The notes beneath the pieces are model-generated. The model ran no database searches. It was given only the letters and a program-made list of their open reading frames with translations, and was not told the origin of the DNA. Below, piece after piece: positions 47,635-57,705 of a DNA stretch of 64,000 bases. The translations under genes and the position numbers were made by a program. How positions within the stretch are numbered: the stretch's first letter is position 1; each line of letters starts with the position of its first letter. The stretch spans positions 16,810 through 80,809 of the forward strand of contig DAQP01000043.1 in the NCBI GenBank assembly GCA_002504435.1. The letters are read 5' to 3'. The stretch is from Euryarchaeota archaeon UBA438 (lineage in GTDB: Archaea > Thermoplasmatota > Poseidoniia > Poseidoniales > Thalassarchaeaceae).

Positions 47635-49377
47635 TCACATTCTCTCCGGACAATCTATCCCCAGTAGGCCCAACCCCAGAGACAACGCCCTAGCGGTTAA
47701 ATCGCACATCGCTAGCCTACTTGATTTGACTTCTTCGTCTTCATCCAATACAAGGCATACCTCATAGAAAGAAGCGAATGAGGATGCAATTGAGTGCAGG
47801 TGCGTACAAAGCCTGTGAGGATAAAGTCCGGCTGCTGAATAATCAACTGCCTCTGAGAAAAGTACCAAGGTTTTCGCCAAATCCACCTCCTCTGGAGTTC
47901 CTAAGTTAATCTGGGATTCTTGGACTGATTCCCTTCCAATTCCCGAACGTGAGAATATGCTGCAGATTCTTGCGTGGGCATACTGGAGATAAGGTGCAGT
48001 ATTTCCCTCAAATGAAAGCATCCTGTCCCAATCAAAAACATAGTCCTTGGTTCTGTCTGAAGACAGATCGGAATATTTCACAGCGCCAATACCAATCATC
48101 CTAGCTGCACTCTCCCTCTCATCCCCACTGAGTCCGGGATTCTTCTCGGAAATTGATGACTCTGCCCTCGATACTGCCTCTCTGAGAAGATCCACCAGCT
48201 TCACAGTCTGGCCCTTCCTACTCTTCAGCATCTGGCCACTAGAATCCAGCACTGAACCAAAGTTAACATGCACGGCACGGTGAGACTGGTCCATGAATCC
48301 GGCCTTTGTAGCGACCTCGAAAACCATCTCGAAATGTTGTTTCTGAGGGGTCCCGACGACATATAGAAGTTCGTCGCAACCAATCCTCTCGACTCTGTCG
48401 ATAATGCATGCGAGATCTGATGTTGAGTAATTGAATCCCCCATCTGCCTTCCTGATCATCACAGGGAATGGTTCACCATCACGGTTGAGCCACTTCCCGC
48501 CGAGAAAGACCACGTCTGCCCCTTCGCTATTCTGGAGCATTCCAGTTTCCGACAATCTGTCAACGACGTTTGGCAGTAAATGCCTATATGCGGACTCCCC
48601 CATGAGATCGTCATCAGTTAGAAGGACCCCTAACATCGAGTAAACATCATTGAAGTAATTTGTCGATACATCCACGAGAATTCGCCAAAGCCTGAGAGTC
48701 TCTTCCTCCTCACTTTGTAACATGACCACCCTGGACCTTGCCCTCTCTGCAAATTCAGGATCTTCATCGAACTTCGTCCTTGCCTCCTTATAGAACAAAT
48801 CGAAATCGGAAATCCCTTTTTCACCGGCGACATTGCCTTCTCCGATGTCAAGAAGGTGCTCAATTAACATCCCAAAGGGAGTCCCCCAGTCACCAACGTG
48901 ATTTTCCCTGTGGACAGTGTGCCCCTTGAATTCCAACATCCTCACGATTGCATCCCCAATTACTGTTGACCTGAGGTGGCCAACATGCATTTCCTTGGCA
49001 ACATTTGGAGCTGAATAGTCAACGGCGATTACCCTGGGCTCGTCTAGCGATACGCCCATCCTTGGATCTGCCGTCAAAACCTCGACCCTTGCTGATAGCC
49101 ATGACTCAGCAGCTGAGAGATTCACGAATCCATTCAGAGAAGATACCTCGGCAATTCCAATGAGGCTGTCAGAAATTGCAGAAGAAATCTCACCAGCTAT
49201 ATCAGAGGGGCTCTTCTTCAATACGGGAGATAGCGAATGGCAGGGCATGGCGACGTCTGCCAAAGAACCGCCGACTGTTGATGGGCCCACTAGCCCCTCC
49301 CAAGTTCCCTCCTCCAGACCAAGTGAAAGGAGAGGGGCGGCCATGAGGGGGAGTGCCTCTCTGATTAGTTGCCTCAT
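47635..49377 (-). CDS. argS: Arginine--tRNA ligase
   Basis: DYSAPNVAKEMHVGHLRST, GDWGTPFG, LKSRKG, GNTAPYLQYAHAR. Confidence 0.97.
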   Translation of the reverse strand: MRQLIREALPLMAAPLLSLGLEEGTWEGLVGPSTVGGSLADVAMPCHSLSPVLKKSPSDIAGEISSAISDSLIGIAEVSSLNGFVNLSAAESWLSARVEVLTADPRMGVSLDEPRVIAVDYSAPNVAKEMHVGHLRSTVIGDAIVRMLEFKGHTVHRENHVGDWGTPFGMLIEHLLDIGEGNVAGEKGISDFDLFYKEARTKFDEDPEFAERARSRVVMLQSEEEETLRLWRILVDVSTNYFNDVYSMLGVLLTDDDLMGESAYRHLLPNVVDRLSETGMLQNSEGADVVFLGGKWLNRDGEPFPVMIRKADGGFNYSTSDLACIIDRVERIGCDELLYVVGTPQKQHFEMVFEVATKAGFMDQSHRAVHVNFGSVLDSSGQMLKSRKGQTVKLVDLLREAVSRAESSISEKNPGLSGDERESAARMIGIGAVKYSDLSSDRTKDYVFDWDRMLSFEGNTAPYLQYAHARICSIFSRSGIGRESVQESQINLGTPEEVDLAKTLVLFSEAVDYSAAGLYPHRLCTHLHSIASSFASFYEVCLVLDEDEEVKSSRLAMCDLTARALSLGLGLLGIDCPERM

Positions 49378-49386
49378 TCAATCACC

Positions 49387-50634
49387 TCAGGATATTGGGT
49401 ACCTTAGCAGCGCCGCTATTCCTCCGAAGGCATCGTACAGTGTAGCTCCCTCCTCCGTATCCATAGAAACAAGTGTAACTGATGCTGATGTATGCCCCGC
49501 TAGAAGGGTTAGTTCGTCGATCAAATCCATTGATCTTTCTTGATCCTCTCTGACGTCCTCGGCGGAACAAGAGTTGCAATCTGGAACTTCGGAGCGGCTC
49601 TTTTGCGTCTGTTCCCACTCATTCCCACAATTCTTGCAAAACCAAAATACCCTCCTCTTGGTGATATTCTCGGACAGGAGTAGCCTATCGACAGCTCCTT
49701 GATCCAAGGCGGTTCTAATCATCACCTCGCCATATGTCGCCTTTGGATGGGCCTGCATTACTTCTCTTAGGAAGGAGTCGACCAGTTTCCTCTCGGCATC
49801 CAATTCAATCTGGTCCATCAATCCCCCAGCACGCTGAATAAGCTCCCTTAGGCCACTCTCGTTGGAGTACCCTACATCGAAGAATGGCTCCCTGATGAGC
49901 TTCTTTATTTCATGATGAAAATAGTCATTCTTGACAACATAATCCTTTGTTGCGCCCGGGCCTCCGATGATTATTCCCTTGAGATCCTCGATCATTGGTA
50001 GCCAGTAAGCACAGGCCCTCTCGGCAGACTTCTTGAAGAATTTATCAGCTGCTTCCTCTATTAGCCTCTCGAATCTCTGAGCGGACTGACCCCCCCTCCC
50101 GTGTTTAGAGGGGACTAGGGAAGTCACGTGCTCCTGGCAATGTAATCGCTTCCCACTGGCAAGCCCATATGCTGACTCTGAACGATCTATTACAAACAAA
50201 CCGTAAGCGGTCCTATCGATCAGCATTTCTTCGAGCTGGCTTAACTCGAATGTGGAACCGCACCTGTATCTGTAAGAGCCGAAGGGTTCTGGTGGATCAT
50301 CAATTACCACATTTACGAGCCTTGTCTTGTTGTTGCCGACTATTACGTACCCAACGAACAATGCCAATCCCCTTTCTCCGGGAGTTTTGTACCTGTTCAG
50401 TGAGGCCATTGCAGATTCAATAGCGTCGGAAACGTGCTTCCTGGTCGACTTGGATTTGATATTGGCGGCCTGTCCGGCCTCGTTTCCTAATTGATGGCGG
50501 ACGTCGCTAATCATTTTATCAGGGGGAATGACCAATGAAACTAGTTCGGTGCCCATGCCCCTCATCGAGGACAAGTCTTCTACCGCCTTCTTCAGTCTGA
50601 GTCTGCGTTGCTGAAGCTCAAGCTCGTCAGACAT
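49387..50634 (-). CDS. prf1: Archaeal peptide chain release factor aRF1
   Basis: GTELVS, NIKSK, YRCGSTF, KHGRGGQSAQRF, CKNC...CNSC Zn ribbon, FGGIAALLRY. Confidence 0.96.
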   Translation of the reverse strand: MSDELELQQRRLRLKKAVEDLSSMRGMGTELVSLVIPPDKMISDVRHQLGNEAGQAANIKSKSTRKHVSDAIESAMASLNRYKTPGERGLALFVGYVIVGNNKTRLVNVVIDDPPEPFGSYRYRCGSTFELSQLEEMLIDRTAYGLFVIDRSESAYGLASGKRLHCQEHVTSLVPSKHGRGGQSAQRFERLIEEAADKFFKKSAERACAYWLPMIEDLKGIIIGGPGATKDYVVKNDYFHHEIKKLIREPFFDVGYSNESGLRELIQRAGGLMDQIELDAERKLVDSFLREVMQAHPKATYGEVMIRTALDQGAVDRLLLSENITKRRVFWFCKNCGNEWEQTQKSRSEVPDCNSCSAEDVREDQERSMDLIDELTLLAGHTSASVTLVSMDTEEGATLYDAFGGIAALLRYPIS

Positions 50635-50731
50635 ACCTTCCCTCCTGCGGAAGGCCGGAGGGGCAGCATTTCAACCCTTAGACGGTGGTTGGGCATAGGC
50701 ATTGAAAGGGGGCGTCCCGGCCCATTAGTCG

Positions 50732-51436
50732 ATGGCGACGGTTATCGCAGCTATCGGAGGCAGCCTCCTTAGGCCCGAAATAGAGGAGCGTCACGCTTGG
50801 CTTGAAGGGCTAGTATCTGTGATTAGAGACAGGGTTTCAATGGATGACAGGATCGGTATTGTGGTCGGTGGTGGAGCTCCTGCCAGAGAGGGTATTGAAT
50901 TAGCTAGGCCACTAATAGACAATGAAGGTCATCTGGATAAGATTGGAATTGCCGCCACTAGGCTGAATGCCACCATTGTAAGAGAGGCCCTTTCAGATGC
51001 CGGTGTTTCGGTCTCTGGGACCATTCCTTCCAGGGTCGATGAAGCTGTATTGCTTCTTGAAGAGAGGCCGGTAGTTGTAATGGGGGGGACGACCCCTGGT
51101 CACACTACTGACGCAGTAGCGATTCGTTTTGCCGTTGCTTCTGGTGCCGACAGGTGCATAATAGCAACAAATGTTCCCAAGGTCTACGACGATGATCCCA
51201 GAACCAATCCTGATGCTGAGCCCCATGACCTGCTCACGCTCGGGCAGCTGCAGGAAATTGTCGGTCCCGCCGAGCACTCTAGGGCGGGGGCCTCCCAGAT
51301 TGTCGATCCGGTGGGAGTCTCCGAAGCTAGAGAGGCAGGTATGACTCTGAACATTCTTGATGGGAGAAATGTGGGGCTGATTCGTGCTGCAATTATAGGC
51401 GACAATTTTGAAGGAACGTTGGTTGAAGGGGCGTGA
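50732..51436 (+). CDS. pyrH: Archaeal UMP kinase
   Basis: IGGS, VVGGG, D.IGIAATRLNA, MGGTTPGHTTDAVA, TNV..VYDDDP. Confidence 0.93.
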   Translation: MATVIAAIGGSLLRPEIEERHAWLEGLVSVIRDRVSMDDRIGIVVGGGAPAREGIELARPLIDNEGHLDKIGIAATRLNATIVREALSDAGVSVSGTIPSRVDEAVLLLEERPVVVMGGTTPGHTTDAVAIRFAVASGADRCIIATNVPKVYDDDPRTNPDAEPHDLLTLGQLQEIVGPAEHSRAGASQIVDPVGVSEAREAGMTLNILDGRNVGLIRAAIIGDNFEGTLVEGA

Positions 51437-51440
51437 ATCC

Positions 51441-51758
51441 TTGAGCAGGACAGACAGGATAGCCAAGGCTGCCAGAAGGACCGCGCAGGAAGCCAGGGAT
51501 GCCGCCTCCAAGCGTAGACAAGATGAGAAAAGGAAGAGGGCAAACAGCTCGATGGCCATTGAACCGCATCGCCATTGTGTGGTTTGCTGGTCGCCAATTG
51601 CAATGGAGAGTGATCCAGCAGTCTGCTCAGAGTCTGCATGTATAGAGAAGAACGAGAAAAGGGAGGGCTCTAGAAAGAGGTTGACGATAATGATGTATCT
51701 TTTCCCTGGTATCGCAATCATACTGCTGATGCTGCAGTTGGCCGGAGGGGCCGTTTAA
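51441..51758 (+). CDS. DUF2116-like Zn-ribbon membrane protein
   Basis: IEPHRHCVVCWSPI......CSESAC then basic stretch and C-terminal TM; follows pyrH. Confidence 0.8.
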   Translation: MSRTDRIAKAARRTAQEARDAASKRRQDEKRKRANSSMAIEPHRHCVVCWSPIAMESDPAVCSESACIEKNEKREGSRKRLTIMMYLFPGIAIILLMLQLAGGAV

Positions 51759-51778
51759 GTTTATTCTGAAGTGGTAAT

Positions 51779-52363
51779 ATGAACATGGTAAGGATTCTAT
51801 CTGTGCTTCCCGGGGCCGTTGGTTCAGTGTGCGTATTATTGGTCCTAGGCAGTCTTCTTGGGGTTGGTTTAGACGAGTCTCGGACTGATGTCCCAATAGT
51901 CCCCTGCACTGACGACTCTGTTGGGTGCCTAGTCGGCATGACAACAGAAAACCTCGATGTTCCAACGTCATTCTTTCTCCTTGACATCCAACTTGAAATC
52001 CAGTGGGACGAACCCGATAGGAGTTGGATTGGGGTTGTTGATTCTAAATATGCAGAAAATTGCCCTCCTGATTCCAATGGCTTAACTTCGTGCACGTCTG
52101 AGGACTTCGAGTACGAAGCAGGAGGCCCGGACTCGGACGACGGGGATTTCGAATTCACTTTGAAGCCCGGCAATTATCGCTTTGTTACGGCTGGGAAGGA
52201 CGGGTCCACCCTCGATGAGCAGATTGTCACGATAAATACTGAAGTTCACCTATCTTCATTTGTAGAAATTGTTCTTGCAGGCGTGGGAGTCATGTTACTG
52301 GCGGGTGCAGGTGAGATGGCTTTCCCTATCAAGAGCCTGTGGAAGAAGTTCAGGGACTCCTGA
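51779..52363 (+). CDS. Hypothetical membrane protein with Cys-containing extracellular domain
   Basis: N- and C-terminal hydrophobic helices flanking an acidic beta-rich region with four Cys. Confidence 0.65.
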   Translation: MNMVRILSVLPGAVGSVCVLLVLGSLLGVGLDESRTDVPIVPCTDDSVGCLVGMTTENLDVPTSFFLLDIQLEIQWDEPDRSWIGVVDSKYAENCPPDSNGLTSCTSEDFEYEAGGPDSDDGDFEFTLKPGNYRFVTAGKDGSTLDEQIVTINTEVHLSSFVEIVLAGVGVMLLAGAGEMAFPIKSLWKKFRDS

Positions 52364-52408
52364 CTTATACACAGTTTCCTTGAATAACTGAATCATAGTG
52401 GGGCACGC

Positions 52409-52528
52409 ATGGCCGCAGAGAAGTGCCCGGTATGCGGATCCAAGATTGACGTGGGCGGCCTACCGGTTTCCATAGGCGGTTTCAATCTCTATTGCACCGT
52501 GTGCGGACACAACTGGCACGTAGAGTAG
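52409..52528 (+). CDS. CPxCG zinc-finger micro-protein (39 aa)
   Basis: Hand translation MAAEKCPVCGSKIDVGGLPVSIGGFNLYCTVCGHNWHVE; CPVCG and CTVCG knuckles; fills the gap up to the convergent GTPase gene. Confidence 0.8.
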   Translation: MAAEKCPVCGSKIDVGGLPVSIGGFNLYCTVCGHNWHVE

Positions 52529-53566
52529 TTACTCCAGAGTATCCTCTCTGGGCCAATTCTCTGGAAGATTTAGTGGGTCTAATACCTCGTCTGCTGCTAT
52601 CATCTCCACCAGTATGGAGCGTAATTCCTCGACTCCTTCTCCACTCTCGGCGCTGACCATCAGAGTGGCCCCTTCCGGTGACGACTGATAGAGGTCTGAC
52701 TTGCTGTGAACAACTAGTATTGGCCTCTCGGAAATAAGTCCCCTGACCTCTTGCAGTAGATGTTCCTGTTCCTCAATGGGTGTTGTTGCTGATTCCGTAT
52801 GGTCAATGAGGAAGAGGAGCACGTCTCCCACATTCTCCAAGGCCGCAATGGCTTGCATCTCTATGCTGTTTCTTTCTGACATTGGACGGTCGAGAAGCCC
52901 CGGAGTGTCTACCATCTGGTACTTTCTCCTCCTGTGTGTGAAATGCCCCAAGTGCAACTGCTTAGTCGTAAAGGGGTACGCGGCGACCTCAGGCTCGCCG
53001 CTGGACAATGCCGTGATTAGGGCTGATTTTCCGACATTTGGCGAGCCGGCGACCACGATACATGGCTCCATGGAATCAATCGAGGGGAGTGCCCTCAATG
53101 TGTCGCGCGCAGCTCCAAGCCACTCTATCTCAGGGGAAACCTGGTCTAGAATTGAGGAGAATCTTCCATAAGCGGCCCTTCTGGCTTGATGGAATCCATC
53201 AACGTCCCGAAGCCTCAGAATCTTCCTCTGGGTATCTCCTGCAATGGATCTGACTCTTTCGGCTGCCCACTGAATTGTCCCCAAACTCCTCCTATATTCA
53301 TCATTACCTACGGCCGCATCCACTAATGCCTGATCAAAGGGCGAGAGGGCGTTCAGGCTAGGCCACAATTCCACATATGCAATCAACGTTGAGTCGATGA
53401 CGGAAGCTGCTGACTGCACCATCTTGTTCATCTGCTTACGGACCCTATGGTACTTGTCTGGATCCTCTACAGTGTCGGGTTGCTTGCTGGCGCGTCTAAA
53501 CGCCTTATCCAGAATCTCATCGGTCCTGAGGACGGTTGGAATCCTGCGCCACTCTACCGATGCCAT
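52529..53566 (-). CDS. NOG1-family GTPase
   Basis: IPTV....EILDKAFRRASK, GSPNVGKS, YPFTTK, DTPGLLDRP...N.IE.QAI.AL, SKSD. Confidence 0.93.
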   Translation of the reverse strand: MASVEWRRIPTVLRTDEILDKAFRRASKQPDTVEDPDKYHRVRKQMNKMVQSAASVIDSTLIAYVELWPSLNALSPFDQALVDAAVGNDEYRRSLGTIQWAAERVRSIAGDTQRKILRLRDVDGFHQARRAAYGRFSSILDQVSPEIEWLGAARDTLRALPSIDSMEPCIVVAGSPNVGKSALITALSSGEPEVAAYPFTTKQLHLGHFTHRRRKYQMVDTPGLLDRPMSERNSIEMQAIAALENVGDVLLFLIDHTESATTPIEEQEHLLQEVRGLISERPILVVHSKSDLYQSSPEGATLMVSAESGEGVEELRSILVEMIAADEVLDPLNLPENWPREDTLE

Positions 53567-53700
53567 GTCACCCCTCGGCCGCTTCGCGGTAACCATCCCT
53601 CTTCAAGTGAGCAGTTCGCATTATTATTCAATAATCGAAACACACCCCTTTTCTATGACATACCCTACGGAGGGGCATGCCAGACATTGAAGGAGGAGGC

Positions 53701-54129
53701 ATGGAGAGCAGTCTGCCAGATTGGGCTCGAAAAATTCACGAAGCCCACGGTTCGCCTTCTTTGGATGAACTTCAGGATGTTTTCCATGGTCCTCTTTCTG
53801 AAAGGAGGGCGGGTCTGAGGAAGGATGATCTCCTAGAGATATTGATTGATTACCGCGCTCTTCCCAAGGGCTCCGATAACTGGGTCAGAGGAATGTTACT
53901 AGGGACAACCAGGAATGCTGTAGAAATTATGGATGAGGAGGGTTCCTTCAGATCCATAGCCAGAGATGTGATTGTAGAAGTTCGACTACTCGCACACATG
54001 AGGCTTCCTTACCTTGAGGACAAGGAGATGATGAAATTCGAGAAGGAAGATATGCGACGTCGTTCCGTGATGCAGGAGAAAGCCGAACAGATGGCTGATG
54101 GAAGACAAGACACCAATCTGTGGGGATGA
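53701..54129 (+). CDS. Hypothetical protein, possible Sm/LSm-like fold
   Basis: LEILID...VRGMLLG...AVEIMDEEG.FRSIARDVIVEVRLL pattern. Confidence 0.55.
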   Translation: MESSLPDWARKIHEAHGSPSLDELQDVFHGPLSERRAGLRKDDLLEILIDYRALPKGSDNWVRGMLLGTTRNAVEIMDEEGSFRSIARDVIVEVRLLAHMRLPYLEDKEMMKFEKEDMRRRSVMQEKAEQMADGRQDTNLWG

Positions 54130-54464
54130 CTATGGAAGACCTTGCTGACAAGAGATGCTTGGCCTGCGAGGGTGGGCAGCCACCCCTCACGGAGGAGCAG
54201 ATTTCCGAACTTTTGCCGGGACTGAGTCAGGACTGGAAGGTTATCGAAAACCACCATCTTCGGAGAGAGTGGGGCTTTTCTGACTTTGCTTCTGCCCTAG
54301 AATTCGTAAATCTGGCCGGAGGGATTTGCGAGGACGAGGGGCATCATGCGGACTTCGAAGTCGGCTGGGGTAGGGTGAAGGCGGAGATTTGGACTCACAA
54401 GATTGATGGCCTAACAGAGTCCGATTTCTACCTGGCTGCAAAGTTCGATAGAATCGAGCGGTGA
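54126..54464 (+). CDS. phhB: Pterin-4a-carbinolamine dehydratase
   Basis: CLACEGG.PPL, F.DF.SALEFVN, EGHHAD, IWTHKIDGLTESDF..AAK. Confidence 0.93.
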   Translation: MTMEDLADKRCLACEGGQPPLTEEQISELLPGLSQDWKVIENHHLRREWGFSDFASALEFVNLAGGICEDEGHHADFEVGWGRVKAEIWTHKIDGLTESDFYLAAKFDRIER

Positions 54465-54469
54465 TTTGA

Positions 54470-55036
54470 ATGAGCCATGTCCAGGACACAATTACCTCCA
54501 GGAGAACCATATACAGGTACAGCAGTAAGGAAGTCGATCCTGAATTCCTGGAGATGGGTTTTGAGGCGGCGAGGAATGCGCCGTGTCACAAGAATACTCA
54601 TCCATGGAAATTCTACGTGATGGGAGGGGACTCCAGGAAGGCGCTAATCCCTGAAATTGAGAAGCTAGCCGCAAAGAAGTGCAAAGAAGGAGAGGATTCG
54701 ACTGAAGCAGTAAATAGGGCGATCAGTAAGATTTTGTCCCCACCAGTACTAATTTGCGTTACGACGGCATTGAGCCCCGATGACAGCTTTAGGGAAGAGG
54801 AGGACTACGCTGCTACCGTCTGTGCAACACACAATATGATCCTATCATTATGGGGGAATGGGATAGGTTCCCAATGGAGCACAGGAGCGATTACTCGTTC
54901 TGATCTCGCATATTCAACAATAGGGGCCACTAGGGGCGAAGAGAGGATAATAGGATTCATCAAAATAGGGTACCCTGAGGAAATACCCTCAAAGAGCAAG
55001 AAGGTCATTGAAGAAATCAGGTCCTACCTTCCTTAA
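54470..55036 (+). CDS. Nitroreductase (YdjA-like)
   Basis: SRRTIYRY, APCHKNTHPWKF, GIGSQWSTG, IIGFIKIGYP. Confidence 0.9.
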   Translation: MSHVQDTITSRRTIYRYSSKEVDPEFLEMGFEAARNAPCHKNTHPWKFYVMGGDSRKALIPEIEKLAAKKCKEGEDSTEAVNRAISKILSPPVLICVTTALSPDDSFREEEDYAATVCATHNMILSLWGNGIGSQWSTGAITRSDLAYSTIGATRGEERIIGFIKIGYPEEIPSKSKKVIEEIRSYLP

Positions 55037-55070
55037 TCATAAAAGGAGAAAATTTGTCGTGGTGAGAAAT

Positions 55071-56102
55071 ATGAGAAAGGTTGTCTATCCAAGAACAGGG
55101 GGGGTTGACTCTATCGAGATAATTGAGTGTCCAGAACCCGTTCCAGGGCCCAATCAAGTTAGAGTGGGGGTGCATAGGGCTGGCATTAACTTCGCTGATC
55201 TAATGATGAGGCAGGGGCTATATGGATCAAATCCGGACCCGCCGTTCACGCCGGGCTATGAGGCCTCAGGCGAGATCTTGGAAATAGGTAGTGAAGTTAG
55301 CTCCCTGTCTTGCGGGGACAGGGTTCTCGCTATGACTGGTTTTGGGGGTTACTCTGAGCAGGTAGTTCTTGATTCGAACAGGGTGATCAAGCTACCGGAC
55401 TCGGTGACTTACGATCAAGCAGCTGCAATCCCTGTTACTTACGGTACTGCCTTCCACATGCTTGTACACCTGGGTCGAATTGCCGAAGGAGACACAGTGC
55501 TGGTCCACCACGCTGCAGGAGGTGTTGGAACGGCGGTCGCACAGATATGCAAATCCTACGGGGCTTCATTGGTGATAGGTACCGCTTCCAAGCCAAAGAA
55601 GGAATTTGTGGAGTCAATGGGTGTCAAATTTGTTGACAGTGGCTCGGAGGACTTCGTCAGTGTCTGCAAGGAATTGACTGACGGCAAGGGAGTTCACCAC
55701 GCTTTGGACCCAGTGGGGGGGAACAACCTGATGAAATCATACAAGGCCCTGAGGAGAGGTGGGAAGTTGTATTTCTTCGGTGCGTCTAATGCCGTAAAGG
55801 GCGACAAGCGATCTGTCATTTCTGCTCTGAGAATGTGGAGGAATACTCCCAGTTTCGACCCACTAAAGATGATGAGCAGCAACAAAGCCGTTTTCGGAGT
55901 CCACATGGGACTCCTAGATGACGAGTCAATTTTCAAGGGGCATCTCTCGACACTTTCCGAAATGTTGCTAAATCGGCAGATCGATCCAATTATCGACTCA
56001 GTTTGGAGATTCGAAGATGTTGCAAAGGCGCAAATGCACATGCATGAACGTAGGAATCGCGGAAAGATTCTCCTAGACTTCTCCCCGAGTTCTAGAGCCT
56101 GA
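55071..56102 (+). CDS. Zn-independent MDR oxidoreductase (quinone oxidoreductase/VAT-1-like)
   Basis: AGINFADLMMRQGLY, PGYEASG, HHAAGGVGTA, RNRGKILL. Confidence 0.9.
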   Translation: MRKVVYPRTGGVDSIEIIECPEPVPGPNQVRVGVHRAGINFADLMMRQGLYGSNPDPPFTPGYEASGEILEIGSEVSSLSCGDRVLAMTGFGGYSEQVVLDSNRVIKLPDSVTYDQAAAIPVTYGTAFHMLVHLGRIAEGDTVLVHHAAGGVGTAVAQICKSYGASLVIGTASKPKKEFVESMGVKFVDSGSEDFVSVCKELTDGKGVHHALDPVGGNNLMKSYKALRRGGKLYFFGASNAVKGDKRSVISALRMWRNTPSFDPLKMMSSNKAVFGVHMGLLDDESIFKGHLSTLSEMLLNRQIDPIIDSVWRFEDVAKAQMHMHERRNRGKILLDFSPSSRA

Positions 56103-56502
56103 CTGGCCTAGTGGCACCACACGCTTGGCACTTTAACAGAGTTGTTCGATCCTCTTTGATGAACCTTGTATCTGGTGCTTTGCACTGATTACATAGGATG
56201 TAGGTCTTGACATAACTGACTAGTTTCTCCTTAATCCTCTTTGGTGGTACCCGGCCCTTGAGCATGATTCGCGATTGCTCCCTGGTGCCAGAAGTTCCTA
56301 ATTCATTCAGCAGAAACTGATAGACGTGATTTGAGTCCCTGTCCATGGCATCCACGACATCGGAGAAATTTCGAAGAATGGTCTGGCTACCCTCGATCAT
56401 GATTTCTGGTTCTGGCATTGTCCAACGTGATCTCTGGCTGAGTCCCTCGGGTATTCTGTCTCGTGCCCGGTCCAGAAGCTCCTCGTAGTCGAAACCCGTC
56501 AT
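56092..56502 (-). CDS. eif2b: Translation initiation factor aIF-2 beta
   Basis: YEELLDRA, TILRNF, ELGTSG, CNQCKAPDT...CQACGA. Confidence 0.96.
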   Translation of the reverse strand: MTGFDYEELLDRARDRIPEGLSQRSRWTMPEPEIMIEGSQTILRNFSDVVDAMDRDSNHVYQFLLNELGTSGTREQSRIMLKGRVPPKRIKEKLVSYVKTYILCNQCKAPDTRFIKEDRTTLLKCQACGATRPVRL

Positions 56503-56591
56503 TGAATCGCCGAAGCTTGGGTCCCTTTTCACCTCACCGGAGGGACTCTCGCTCAGGCAAGGTCAAAGTGAGGGTGCCTGTTGGGGATGAC

Positions 56592-57041
56592 ATGGGTGGG
56601 GCATTGGAGGTCAAAGTAGCTAGGACCGAAGAAGGAGCGAGGCTTCCTACCATGGGTAGCGAACACGCTGCCGGCTGGGATCTTTACGCCCTTGAAGACT
56701 CAGTTGTGCCTTTCAGGAAGAGTGTGAAATTGCGGACCGGCCTGAAGGTGGCAATTCCGGTTGGATTCGAAGGGCAAGTAAGGGCACGCTCATCTTTGGG
56801 GTCAAAAGGATTGATCCTCCCCCATAGCATAGGCACGATTGATGCGGACTACAGGGGAGAGCTATTCGTACTCATGACATGGATCGGAGAAGGGGATTCC
56901 TATACGGTTAGGGCGGGCGAGAGGATTGCTCAATTGCTCATTTCTCCGATTCCGGAGATCACGTTCAGAGAAGTTGAGGAAAGTGGACTCGGTGAGACCG
57001 AAAGAGGCGAGGGCGGATTCGGCAGTACCGGTCGTTTCTAA
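56592..57041 (+). CDS. dut: Trimeric dUTPase
   Basis: AAGWDL, RSSLG, GTIDADYRGE, GERIAQL, ERGEGGFGSTG. Confidence 0.96.
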   Translation: MGGALEVKVARTEEGARLPTMGSEHAAGWDLYALEDSVVPFRKSVKLRTGLKVAIPVGFEGQVRARSSLGSKGLILPHSIGTIDADYRGELFVLMTWIGEGDSYTVRAGERIAQLLISPIPEITFREVEESGLGETERGEGGFGSTGRF

Positions 57042-57114
57042 TTCCAATATAACCAACGTTTTCCCATATTCTATTCTCAATAGGTTCATAGCAACCGTAG
57101 TGGGGGAAAGGGCG

Positions 57115-57696
57115 ATGACGAGCAGTGTCGACGAATTACGGGCCAAAGTCGAGCAATATCGCTCAGATGGGCTCAACACCCAACAGATAGCGGATGAGAT
57201 GTCCCTTTCGCAGACTACAATCAAATGGCTCTCCTCAGGGGGAGTCGGGTCCGACGATCGCCCCCAAGACATCAGAGTTGGATGGAGATCGATAGCCGTC
57301 AAGGCTGGAAGAATTGAGGCCATATCATACGTTTTCTGCGATATTATTGAGGAAGAGATAGGCGAAGATGTTGACACCGTAGTTGGAATCAGTATCAACG
57401 GTATCGCTTTCGCACAAGCGGTCGGGGGGCAATTAGACCTAGACATCGCCATCAGCCGTAGCATCAGTGACGATGGAGGTGGGCACATCTCAGAGGTGTT
57501 TGCGGATGTTGAAGGCAAGCGATGTGTCGTCGTTGACGACGTCCTATCTGGGGGAACAACCATGACCAAGACTGTGAACAACCTAAGGGCGGCAGGAGCT
57601 GACGTTAAGCTCTGTTTGGTCCTTGCAAACAAGTCGCACAGGAATGAGGTAGAAGGGGTACCTCTCAGAGGCCTTGTCAGAGTGGTGACCGTCTGA
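57115..57696 (+). CDS. gfcR: HTH + PRTase-fold (PyrE-like) protein, GfcR family
   Basis: GLNTQQIADEMSLSQTTIKWL HTH; DI.VGWRSI; VVVDDVLSGGTT PRPP-binding loop. Confidence 0.8.
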   Translation: MTSSVDELRAKVEQYRSDGLNTQQIADEMSLSQTTIKWLSSGGVGSDDRPQDIRVGWRSIAVKAGRIEAISYVFCDIIEEEIGEDVDTVVGISINGIAFAQAVGGQLDLDIAISRSISDDGGGHISEVFADVEGKRCVVVDDVLSGGTTMTKTVNNLRAAGADVKLCLVLANKSHRNEVEGVPLRGLVRVVTV

Positions 57697-57705
57697 GGAA
57701 GAGGG

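Noticed and set aside
49540..49650. Zn-ribbon insertion in aRF1
   Set aside because: Known feature of many archaeal aRF1 proteins
50993..51721. 242-aa minus-strand ORF
   Set aside because: Lies antisense to well-supported pyrH and DUF2116-like genes; no recognisable features
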